From assembly GCA_039000985.1 (NCBI GenBank), contig JAWBMD010000006.1, positions 1 to 46,316 on the forward strand: 46,316 bases of DNA, read 5' to 3'. Position 1 is the stretch's first letter; the number at the start of each line of letters is the position of its first letter. The stretch comes from Candidatus Aenigmatarchaeota archaeon. GTDB taxonomy: Archaea > Aenigmatarchaeota > Aenigmatarchaeia > CG10238-14 > SpSt-28. Below, piece by piece: positions 27,401 to 36,137 of the stretch. Under the pieces are notes generated by a model. That model worked only from the letters and a program-made list of their open reading frames with translations, ran no database searches and was not told the origin of the DNA. The position numbers and the translations under genes were made by a program.

Positions 27401-28584
27401 AATGTTTTTTGTTTGTTCATTAATATATTTATAATTTTTTCTATGGAATCTTTATCCTCCAACATTTTTATTAAGTTTTCTATTTTTATTGGAAATTCGT
27501 CATCGCCAATATTACTTTTTATTTTTTTTATTGCAAAATCAAATAAAGATTCTATATTTTCTTTACTGGCTACTTCAATTATTTTTTCTTTGCTAATTAG
27601 CTCGGTTTTTGTAAGTAATATACATTTGTTTGAAAATTCTTTGGCTAAATAACCAAAATCTTCATTTTTTTCTCTTTCAACAACAACTTTAATAATGGGT
27701 TTTTTAATATACTCTTTGTTTAAAACTTTATTTAATTCGTTAAATATTTTTTCTTTATTATCATTTATTCCAAATTTCAAATAAAAAAATTTTCTATATC
27801 TTTTTAATCCAACTTTTTCTATTTTTATATCCCCATTATCTATATAAACGTTTATGTATGATTTTTCTAAATTGCTCTCCTCTTCTTTTAATTGTGTAGT
27901 AATTAAAGAGCCCGGCATTAAAATTTTTGTTTTTCCTATGCTTTCGTTTACAAAAGCATGATAATGTCCATTTATTATTAAATCAAAATTTCTAGGAAGA
28001 TTTTCCATTGTTAGTGAATACTCTTGTGAATAAAATGTGAACGGATGAATATTTTGATGAATTAGCAAAATATTTATACAATCGTTAAAGTATTTTATGT
28101 TTTTATATAAGTAATCCTTGGCAATATTTTCTGGCATGTTCCCCATACCAAAAATTGATACTTTTTGTCCATCTTTTTCAAAAATTATGTAATTAGAGTT
28201 TAGGTTTATTATTAAGTTTGCTTCATCCATTAAATCTAATATGCTAGTTTCGCCAATATAGCTCCTATCATGATTTCCATTTATTGTTATAATTGGTATG
28301 TATTTCTCTATACTTCTCAATTTCAAATTATCAATTTCTTTATCTGTTTCAACAAGTTTAACTTTCGATGGTATTTCTAGGAAATTTTTTAATGAAGAAA
28401 TAGCTTTTTCTACTATTTTTATTTTTGGGTTTCTTGTATGGAATATATCTCCACAAATTATTATTATATCACTATTTTTGTTATTTTTTGCTATTTCCTC
28501 AACTAATTCATAGCTATCGTTTTCTGTTTCTTCATTAATTGAAAAACCAAAGTGAGCGTCAGTAAAAACTGTTATTTTTATCAT
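27397..28584 (-). CDS. mre11: Mre11 nuclease
   Basis: TDAHFG, GDIFH, GNHD, HQ, GHYH, PGS phosphoesterase motifs; linked to rad50. Confidence 0.9.
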   Translation of the reverse strand: MIKITVFTDAHFGFSINEETENDSYELVEEIAKNNKNSDIIIICGDIFHTRNPKIKIVEKAISSLKNFLEIPSKVKLVETDKEIDNLKLRSIEKYIPIITINGNHDRSYIGETSILDLMDEANLIINLNSNYIIFEKDGQKVSIFGMGNMPENIAKDYLYKNIKYFNDCINILLIHQNIHPFTFYSQEYSLTMENLPRNFDLIINGHYHAFVNESIGKTKILMPGSLITTQLKEEESNLEKSYINVYIDNGDIKIEKVGLKRYRKFFYLKFGINDNKEKIFNELNKVLNKEYIKKPIIKVVVEREKNEDFGYLAKEFSNKCILLTKTELISKEKIIEVASKENIESLFDFAIKKIKSNIGDDEFPIKIENLIKMLEDKDSIEKIINILMNKQKTL

Positions 28585-29087
28585 ATTACACCTATTTCTT
28601 TTAATCTGTTATAAACTTTTTCACAAGCTATTAAATCTGATTTTAAATGATCAATTATTAAATTCTTAAATTTTTCTTCTTTGGTTTTCAAATATTCCAA
28701 ATAAATACTTTTTATGTCTGAAGAATTAGCTACATCTTCAATTCCAAGAATTTTTTTAAAATGACTAAGTTTTAGTGAACTTGATTTAAAGACATCTTTA
28801 ACAATTTCAAGAACATCTTTTATATTAACTTTTGTTAGTCGCGAGGTATTTATTTTATAGACAAAACACTTATAGAGCAAAAATGGTATATCAAATTTCT
28901 TTATGTTAAAGCCTATTAATGTAATTTGGTTTTGTAGTAAAGATAAAAATTCTTTTATCAATTTTTCTTCATTATCACTAAATAAAATCTTTTCTTCACC
29001 ATTTAATTCTTTTAATCCAATAGCTATTACATTTCCTATATCTGCGTTTAAATCTGTGGTTTCTATATCAAAAATGTATTCTTTCAT
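28581..29087 (-). CDS. Stand-alone DEDD 3'-5' exonuclease (RNase H-like, YprB/PolB-proofreading-like)
   Basis: Exo I FDIETT, Exo II GFN..FDIPFL, Exo III H...D. Confidence 0.85.
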   Translation of the reverse strand: MKEYIFDIETTDLNADIGNVIAIGLKELNGEEKILFSDNEEKLIKEFLSLLQNQITLIGFNIKKFDIPFLLYKCFVYKINTSRLTKVNIKDVLEIVKDVFKSSSLKLSHFKKILGIEDVANSSDIKSIYLEYLKTKEEKFKNLIIDHLKSDLIACEKVYNRLKEIGVI

Positions 29088-30397
29088 AGTTTAATCATTT
29101 TCATTAAGTTTTTTAATTCTCCTCTGCTTAATCCTTTTATTCCACCAAAGCTTTTCATTAATTTTTTCGTTTGATAATATTGATTCAAAAGTTCTCTAAC
29201 TTCTTCTTCTTTTCTACCAGAACCTTTAGCAATTCTTTTTATTCTTGATTCATTTATTATATCTGGATTAGCTCTTTCTTCTGGTGTCATGCTTTGATAA
29301 ATATATTTCCAAACTTTTATTTTTTTCTCTTGCTCCTCTATTTTTTTAGTATCAACTTTTAACATTCCAATACCGGGAATCATATTAATTATTTGCTCTA
29401 AAGAACCAATTTTGCTTGTACTTTCAATTATCTCAATAAAGTCATTTAAATCAAATTTTCCTTCAGCAACTTTTTCAACGGATTTTTCTTTTATATCAAT
29501 ATCTTTTACTTTTTCTAATAGTGTTTCTAAATCTCCCAAACCAATCATTCTTGAAATAAATCTTTTTGGGTTAAATATTTCCAAATCTTCTATTTTTTCA
29601 CCAGTTCCAATAAATCTTATTTTTGCATTTGCTATGGTGCAAGCAGAAAGTGCCCCACCAGCTTTTGCTGTACCATCTAGTTTTGTAACAATAACGCTTC
29701 CAAATGGAGCTACTTTATAAAAAGCTTCAGCCTGAGCTTTAGCGGCTTGCCCTATAGATGCATCTATAACCAAAAAAATTTCATCAACTTTTATGTTTTC
29801 ACAAATTTCTTTTATTTCGTTCATTAAAGAATTTTCATCTTTATGTCTTCCAGCTGTATCTATCAAAATTATATCTTTTTTGCCAAATTCCTTTATTCCA
29901 TTTTTTATTATTTCAACAACATTTTTCTTTTCTTCAAAAAATACTGGGACATTTATTTTCGTTGCCATTTGTTTTAGTTGCTCAACGGCAGCAGGTCTAT
30001 ATATGTCTGCAGCTATTATACCAACATTATAACCTTTTTTTTGGTAATATCTAGCAACTTTTACAACTGTAGTTGTTTTTCCAGAACCAAATAAACCAAC
30101 AAACATCATTACAAAAGGTTTTTTTGTTATTTTTATTTCTTCATATTCTTTTCCTATTAAGTTGGTTAATTCTTCATAAATTATTTTTATTAAGTGTTCT
30201 CTTTTTGTTAATCCAGCAATTTTTTCCTCGTATGCTCTTTTTCTTATTTTTTCTATTAGTTCATCTACAAGCTTTATATTAACATCAGCTTTTATCAATT
30301 CTTTTCTAATTTCAGTTAAGCTTTCTTCTATTATGTTTTTATCTATTGTTAGAGTTGTTGTTAATCTGTTTATAATTCTTTTTATTCCTTCAAACAT
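29084..30397 (-). CDS. srp54: Signal recognition particle protein SRP54
   Basis: ADVN, GLFGSGKTTT, DIYRPAA, DTAGRH, TKLDGTAKAGGALS, M domain SMT..ER, RIKRIAKGSG. Confidence 0.97.
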   Translation of the reverse strand: MFEGIKRIINRLTTTLTIDKNIIEESLTEIRKELIKADVNIKLVDELIEKIRKRAYEEKIAGLTKREHLIKIIYEELTNLIGKEYEEIKITKKPFVMMFVGLFGSGKTTTVVKVARYYQKKGYNVGIIAADIYRPAAVEQLKQMATKINVPVFFEEKKNVVEIIKNGIKEFGKKDIILIDTAGRHKDENSLMNEIKEICENIKVDEIFLVIDASIGQAAKAQAEAFYKVAPFGSVIVTKLDGTAKAGGALSACTIANAKIRFIGTGEKIEDLEIFNPKRFISRMIGLGDLETLLEKVKDIDIKEKSVEKVAEGKFDLNDFIEIIESTSKIGSLEQIINMIPGIGMLKVDTKKIEEQEKKIKVWKYIYQSMTPEERANPDIINESRIKRIAKGSGRKEEEVRELLNQYYQTKKLMKSFGGIKGLSRGELKNLMKMIKL

Positions 30398-30422
30398 AAT
30401 TAGATGTTGTTTTTTTCAACAT

Positions 30423-31547
30423 TTAAAATAAACTCCATATCTTTTTTTGTTCTGTAATAATTTTTATCAGTTTACAATACTTCAGCCACAATTCTTTACT
30501 TTCTAATTTATAAATTAAAAATTTTTTAGCCTCTTCAACACTTTCAAATTCTAAAAAGCTTTTATTAAAAGCATCTCTAATAGCTTCTCTAACTTTCCAT
30601 ACTCCAACATTAAAAAATTCTTTTATTTCTCTTATAATAATTATTGCAGCTTGTTTTCTTAATTTATCTAAACCTTCTAAACAAGCAAATCTAGTTGCAT
30701 AATAGCCTCCACCAGTTTCTTCAGCATATTCTTTTCTTTTAAATACAAATTCGTAATCATGCCAAACTTTTTTAGTTTTTAAATCTATTTCTATTAGCTC
30801 AAAAGAAAAAGTAAATGGTATTAAAATAATCCAATAATTATTACCAAGATAACTATTTTGATATACTCTTATTTTATCAATTGTTTCTAAATATTTGACT
30901 TTTTCATAAAGGAAATTGGATAAAATACTATCTGTTGCAGTAATGCTCCACCTCGTTGGAACAATTCTCCTTTCTGTTTTTAATCCAAGTAAACCAGAAG
31001 AAAATATTCTTTCTATTCTTGATTTTTCAATACCATCCTTATAAATTTCAAAAACAGCATTTGAAGCTTTTAAATCTGTATCATTAACAATATAATCAAT
31101 TTTCCTTTCAATTTTTATATCGCTTTGTAATTCTATTTTATTTGGAATTGCTGGATTAGCAATTGGTATTGCGTATTTATCTCTTAAAAAAATAAAGCGT
31201 GGTTTTTTCTTTAGCTCAACATTCAAATCTATGCTTTCTTTACTTAATGCAATGTTTTGAAGAATTTCAATATTTTTATTATTCTTTTCCATTTTCAAAT
31301 ATACCATATAACCTCTCATTTCCAAAATTTTTCCTATATCAAAATTTTTTCTATACCATTCTTCTGGATATTCATAAATTTTCGAATTTTGTACATTAGG
31401 TGGCAATAAAACTCCAACTTTTTTAATTTTTACAGGTATGAAAACAGATGGTGGAGAGCTTCCTCCAAAGCTTTTTAAATTCTCTATGGTTTTTTTATAT
31501 TCCAAAAATTTGAATAAAATATTTGCTGGTAAATCCTTAGCTCTCAT
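30423..31547 (-). CDS. nreA: Nre-family DNA repair protein (NreA-like)
   Basis: GSSPPSVF, D.DLKA, RRIVPTRWSITATD, GGYYA.R, VGVW.VRE, C-terminal PIP box QKKIWSLF. Confidence 0.88.
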   Translation of the reverse strand: MRAKDLPANILFKFLEYKKTIENLKSFGGSSPPSVFIPVKIKKVGVLLPPNVQNSKIYEYPEEWYRKNFDIGKILEMRGYMVYLKMEKNNKNIEILQNIALSKESIDLNVELKKKPRFIFLRDKYAIPIANPAIPNKIELQSDIKIERKIDYIVNDTDLKASNAVFEIYKDGIEKSRIERIFSSGLLGLKTERRIVPTRWSITATDSILSNFLYEKVKYLETIDKIRVYQNSYLGNNYWIILIPFTFSFELIEIDLKTKKVWHDYEFVFKRKEYAEETGGGYYATRFACLEGLDKLRKQAAIIIIREIKEFFNVGVWKVREAIRDAFNKSFLEFESVEEAKKFLIYKLESKELWLKYCKLIKIITEQKKIWSLF

Positions 31548-31578
31548 GCTTTAATTTTAAAAATTTGAATTTAATTTT

Positions 31579-32988
31579 ATGAATTTGGAAGAAAAGATAG
31601 TAGAATATTTACCAACTGTTAAAAAGCCAGCATTTAGATTAGCATTCAATGCAAAACTTTTTTGGACATGTGTCGTTTTAATTACATATCTTATACTTAG
31701 TCAAGTTAGAGTTTATGGTATTCCAAGATTACCAGAAATTTCTACACAACTAAGATTTTTTGAAACTGTTTTAGCGTCTAGAATAGGAAGTATAGTAACA
31801 TTAGGTATTGGACCTCTTGTAACTGCCGGTATTGTACTTCAATTGCTTGTAGGTTCAAAAATTCTGAATTGGGATATGACAAAAGAGGAATATAGAAAGA
31901 GGTTTCAGTTGTGGAACAATTTATTAGCAATCATATTTTCATTTTTAGAAGGTTTCGCATTTACGCTTTCCGGTTTTATTCCACATTATGGTGATTTATT
32001 TTCTATAGTAATAATTTCTCTTCAAATATCAATTGGAGGAATTTTAGTTTTATACTTAGATCAAATTGTTAGTAAATGGGGAATGGGAAGTGGAGTTAGT
32101 TTATTTATAGCTAGTGGAGTAGCAACTCAAATTTTTAATTCTGTTTTTTCGCCCCTGCCGTTAATACAACCAAGCAGTTTAAATCAAGGTCCATTTATTG
32201 GAAATTTTTGGAATTTTATTCATTATGCTCAATTAAACGATATTCAAAAGGCTATAAATAGTTTAATACCTTTAATATCTACATTAATAGTAATAGTTAT
32301 AGTTTCCTTAGCTTCTAAAATGTCTATTGATCTACCATTATCTTTTGGAGCTTTGCGAGGATTTGGTAGAACATGGAATTTAAAGCTTTTATATACAAGT
32401 AATATACCAGTAATTTTGGCAGCAGCTCTAATATCTAATTTAACTATAATGGCTAATTTAACAAGTACTTTAGATCCGTTAACTGGAGAAAGTTGTGGTT
32501 TATTGGGTTGTTTTGATAGAGATAGAAATCCTTCAAGTGGTTTTATATATTATGTAACAGCTCCAAGATCTTTATTAATTTCAGAAATAATGAGTGGAAC
32601 AATAAATATCAGAGATATGATAAAAAGCATAACTTATATTTTATTTTTAATGGCTACAGCAACAATATTTTCTGTTTTATGGGTTAATACAACATCAATG
32701 GATCCAAAAAGTGTTGCGACTCAACTAAAAGAAATGAATCTACAAATACCTGGTTTTAGAAGTAGTGATTTAATAGTAGAATCAGTTTTAAATAGATATA
32801 TTCCAAAATTAGCTGTTATAGGTGGACTATTAATAGGTTTTTTAGCAGGTTTTGCCGATATTATTGGAGCTATAGGGACAGGGACTGGTATATTACTAAC
32901 TATTCTAATAATAGAAAATTATTACGATATTATAAAAAGGGAAAGAATGGAAGAAGCCCATCCGCTTATAAGAAGATTTATAGAATGA
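31579..32988 (+). CDS. secY: Preprotein translocase SecY
   Basis: LGIGPLVTAGIVLQLL, SKWGMGSGVSLFI, LLYTSNIPVIL, QIPGFR, GTGILL. Confidence 0.97.
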   Translation: MNLEEKIVEYLPTVKKPAFRLAFNAKLFWTCVVLITYLILSQVRVYGIPRLPEISTQLRFFETVLASRIGSIVTLGIGPLVTAGIVLQLLVGSKILNWDMTKEEYRKRFQLWNNLLAIIFSFLEGFAFTLSGFIPHYGDLFSIVIISLQISIGGILVLYLDQIVSKWGMGSGVSLFIASGVATQIFNSVFSPLPLIQPSSLNQGPFIGNFWNFIHYAQLNDIQKAINSLIPLISTLIVIVIVSLASKMSIDLPLSFGALRGFGRTWNLKLLYTSNIPVILAAALISNLTIMANLTSTLDPLTGESCGLLGCFDRDRNPSSGFIYYVTAPRSLLISEIMSGTINIRDMIKSITYILFLMATATIFSVLWVNTTSMDPKSVATQLKEMNLQIPGFRSSDLIVESVLNRYIPKLAVIGGLLIGFLAGFADIIGAIGTGTGILLTILIIENYYDIIKRERMEEAHPLIRRFIE

Positions 32989-33386
32989 TAAAAATATTTG
33001 TAATAGTAGGGTTTTCTTTATTATCTGTGTTTTCTTCGAATTATGTGTTTAAAAAAATGGGAGATGTAAAAAAAATTAAAGAAATAAAGGAAAGATTAGA
33101 AGAGCTTAAGGATTCTAAAAATATTGAAGACAAATTAAAATCTCTAGAAATATCTTCTGAATATTTCAAACTAATATCAAAGCCATTAATAGTTTCTTCT
33201 TTAGTTTCTATATTATTTTTTATTTTTGCGTTGTTTGCATTTGGAAATATAGAAATAGTGAAGCTGCCTTTTAGAATTCCTTTAATTGGAGAAAGACTTA
33301 ATGGTATTTGGCTATATGTAATTTCATCCATAGTCTTTTCTCTTGCTTTTAGAAAAATTAAATATTTTGGATTTATTCTACCCTAG
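32985..33386 (+). CDS. EMC3/TMCO1 (DUF106, Oxa1 superfamily) membrane insertase
   Basis: TM-coiled coil-TM-TM layout, SKP motif, G.WLY; canonical position after secY. Confidence 0.75.
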   Translation: MIKIFVIVGFSLLSVFSSNYVFKKMGDVKKIKEIKERLEELKDSKNIEDKLKSLEISSEYFKLISKPLIVSSLVSILFFIFALFAFGNIEIVKLPFRIPLIGERLNGIWLYVISSIVFSLAFRKIKYFGFILP

Positions 33387-34113
33387 GTGCAACAATCATT
33401 GAAAAACATACCTTATCTAAAATTTTAGATGTGATTTTACAAGGATAATCATTAGCAAATTCTATTGATATTTCATCACTTAATTCTTTTAAAGAAACTA
33501 TTTTACTTATGTAATCTAATGGATATCTTGCTTTTGATGGACTTTTCGCATTTATTTCTATTAAAGCTGGATCCCCCTCAGATAACTCTGTTGTAGAAGT
33601 TGATAATTCACTTCCACCTTCTATTATAAACTTATTTCCTTCAGCTTTAAAAACTATTGATTCACCAACCAATTCTATATCTTTTATAACTTCTGCTAAA
33701 AGCTCTGTTGTAATAGTTGCTTTTGCAGTAAATTCTAAATTACTTACATCCGGCAAATCTTCTTTTTTTATATCTAAAATTGGCAAAGTAAACTTTCTTT
33801 TTCCAACTCCCTCTAATATAGTTTCTACTTTATTTCCACTTAATTCCAAAGTTAATCTATCTTTTTTTCTAGCTCTAGACAAAACATCAGCAAAATTATC
33901 TAAATTTAATCCAATTAAATATTCTTTATTAACATCGAATTCCTCAAAAGCTGTTGAAAGTAATTTTAATTCTATCATACAAATCATAGCTCTATCCACA
34001 GAAGAGAAATGAATTCCATCTTTATTAATGGTAAAAATACCCTCATCTATAATTTCAGATATCGTCTTAACAGGTATTTTTAAAAGGTCAGCATCACTAA
34101 GAACCAACCTCAT
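33373..34113 (-). CDS. pcn: PCNA sliding clamp
   Basis: ISEIIDEG, VDRAMICM, IGLNL, ARYPLDY, FANDYP, VAPRVE; start moved to ATG 34113. Confidence 0.95.
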   Translation of the reverse strand: MRLVLSDADLLKIPVKTISEIIDEGIFTINKDGIHFSSVDRAMICMIELKLLSTAFEEFDVNKEYLIGLNLDNFADVLSRARKKDRLTLELSGNKVETILEGVGKRKFTLPILDIKKEDLPDVSNLEFTAKATITTELLAEVIKDIELVGESIVFKAEGNKFIIEGGSELSTSTTELSEGDPALIEINAKSPSKARYPLDYISKIVSLKELSDEISIEFANDYPCKITSKILDKVCFSMIVAPRVE

Positions 34114-34372
34114 AATATAATGTACATAAATCTTTAAATATATTTTCAACCACATGTACTATTTCTGCAATTATTTTACCATTCTCAACTTTTCCAAAAA
34201 CTCTTATAAAGTTGCTTTCATTAATGTTTTGCAAACAAATTATTTCTGTTTCATTTTCTGTTAAAAATCCATTTTCTGTTTTTTTAACAATTTTAAATAC
34301 ACCAACAATTTTATTTCCTTCAAATTTTTTTATTTCATCTTCATTTTTAACAAAAAAATATTTTTCAATCAT
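34097..34372 (-). CDS. Small OB-fold protein, possibly RPA14/RPA3-like
   Basis: Beta-rich 91 aa with FIRVFGKV..IIAEIV and a C-terminal helix; directly upstream of PCNA. Confidence 0.45.
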   Translation of the reverse strand: MIEKYFFVKNEDEIKKFEGNKIVGVFKIVKKTENGFLTENETEIICLQNINESNFIRVFGKVENGKIIAEIVHVVENIFKDLCTLYYEVGS

Positions 34373-34557
34373 TCTACATAAACAGCATACTTTCCAGGTT
34401 TTTGTATATTAAGCTTTTTTGCAAGTTCACTTTCTATATTTATTATAATTGCTACACCTTTCCACATCGATGATAGTGAAAGAGAACCGCAATTAGGGCA
34501 TTTCTTTTCGTCTGTCAAAAACTTGCAATTTCTACAAGCCTTAAGACTTTTTAGCAT
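34369..34557 (-). CDS. spt4: Transcription elongation factor Spt4 (RpoE'')
   Basis: KACRNC..CPNCGS..WKG..SELAK..PGKYA. Confidence 0.95.
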   Translation of the reverse strand: MLKSLKACRNCKFLTDEKKCPNCGSLSLSSMWKGVAIIINIESELAKKLNIQKPGKYAVYVE

Positions 34558-35095
34558 GCTTTCTTTTTTCCTCCTTTATCCACTCCAATGTACCTAAAAA
34601 CGGTTGTCTCATTGTACAGCCAATTTTTACTTCATTTTCTTCAAAGGATACGGAAATTACTCTTGCTCTAACAAAATCCCCAATTTTAAGTTTTTTCTTT
34701 GTTTCCTTTCCATCAAATGTTTTAGTTTTTTCATTGAAAGAAACAAAATCATCCATTGTTTGAGAAATATGTATTAAGGAATCGAAGCAAACAACTCTAA
34801 TAAAAGAACCAAAAGAAACATTATCTATAACCTCCCCATAAACAATTTCGTTTATTTCTGGCTTATAGGCTAAGACATCAAAACTAGTTTTATAATAAAC
34901 ATAAGGATCTGCTGGATATATTTTTCCCTCACCAATTTCATTTATTTTTATTAGAGCCAATATAACACCAATCCTCCTATCTATTTTATCGACGAGATTT
35001 TCATTTATAGTTTCCTCAATAGATTTTTTTATATTCTTTCCAAATTTCGATGGATGTATCTTTATGTTATCCTCTATTGTTACTATTCTAAACAT
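34541..35095 (-). CDS. rpoE1: RNA polymerase subunit Rpo7 (RpoE')
   Basis: HPSKFG, P..NEIV.GEV, LIHISQ.MDD, GD.VRARV, MRQPFLG.LEW. Confidence 0.95.
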   Translation of the reverse strand: MFRIVTIEDNIKIHPSKFGKNIKKSIEETINENLVDKIDRRIGVILALIKINEIGEGKIYPADPYVYYKTSFDVLAYKPEINEIVYGEVIDNVSFGSFIRVVCFDSLIHISQTMDDFVSFNEKTKTFDGKETKKKLKIGDFVRARVISVSFEENEVKIGCTMRQPFLGTLEWIKEEKRKHAKKS

Positions 35096-35427
35096 ACTTT
35101 ACTAAAGTTTCTTATATAAAAGGTTTTTATTTTTTTATTTTTTAAATAACTTCTAAGTTTTTTATCTACAGTTGCCACAAAATAATTGTTTTTTTCCGCT
35201 AATTTTATTATGCTTTCATCAGCATTTTTTGCTTTTATTTTAGTAATATTATAATTTAACTCTTCTAAAAACTTATCCATTTTTTTTCTTTTAATTTCTT
35301 TCATAACTTGCTGAGGTAATATTACTTCAAATTTTCCAATCAAGTTTTCAATTTCACTTTTTAAATCTATTTTGTATTTTACACAGCTAACTAAAAAAGA
35401 AGTATCAAGGATTATTTTTTTTATCAT
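35083..35427 (-). CDS. PIN-domain protein (Fcf1/Utp24-like)
   Basis: IILDTSFL, V..E, ADE.II, VATVDKKL; canonical position upstream of rpoE1. Confidence 0.88.
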   Translation of the reverse strand: MIKKIILDTSFLVSCVKYKIDLKSEIENLIGKFEVILPQQVMKEIKRKKMDKFLEELNYNITKIKAKNADESIIKLAEKNNYFVATVDKKLRSYLKNKKIKTFYIRNFSKVCLE

Positions 35428-36137
35428 AATATTTTTATTTGCTTTTTAATTTCTTTAAGGAAAGCGGAAGTATTTTTTACTTTTTCAACACTTCCATTAC
35501 TTATTAAAGCAATTCTGTCACATAAATTTACAATATCTATAATATCATGCGTAACATAAATTATCGTTATTTTTGTTTCTTTCCTTAAACTTAATAAAAG
35601 GTTTTTTATTTCTTCTTTTCTATATATGTCTAATGCAGTAAGTGGTTCATCTAAAAGTAAAATATCAGCTTTCTTAACTACTGCTCTAGCAATAGCTAAT
35701 CTTTGTTTTTCTCCACCTGATAAGCTTTCAGGTTTACGTTTTTCATAGCCATTTAGATTAACAAGTTTTAATGTTTTTTCAATAATTTTTTTAATTTCAT
35801 TTTTTTCATAGTTATAGTTAGAAAGAACAAATTCTAAATGCTCCTCAACACTCATATGTGGCCACAATCCTAAATGCTGAAATATGAATGAAATACTTCT
35901 TTTTTCAGGACTTACGAATGTTTTATCTGAAACTATTTCCTTCCCATCTATATATATTTTTCCAGAGTCTGGTTTTTCTAAGCCAGCGATAATTCTTAAA
36001 AGTGTTGTTTTACCACAACCCGAAGGTCCGAATATACCAAATATTTCCCCTTCTTTTATTTCCAAATTAATATCTTTCAATACTTCCTTATTGCCAAATT
36101 TTTTATACAGATGTTCTATTTTTATTTTAGTATTCAT
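35424..36137 (-). CDS. ABC transporter ATP-binding subunit (FbpC/PotA-like)
   Basis: GPSGCGKT, LSGGEKQR, LLDEP, VTHD. Confidence 0.93.
   Translation of the reverse strand: MNTKIKIEHLYKKFGNKEVLKDINLEIKEGEIFGIFGPSGCGKTTLLRIIAGLEKPDSGKIYIDGKEIVSDKTFVSPEKRSISFIFQHLGLWPHMSVEEHLEFVLSNYNYEKNEIKKIIEKTLKLVNLNGYEKRKPESLSGGEKQRLAIARAVVKKADILLLDEPLTALDIYRKEEIKNLLLSLRKETKITIIYVTHDIIDIVNLCDRIALISNGSVEKVKNTSAFLKEIKKQIKIL

Noticed and set aside
29084-33386. SRP (7S) RNA near srp54/secY
   Set aside because: No GC-rich non-coding segment is present
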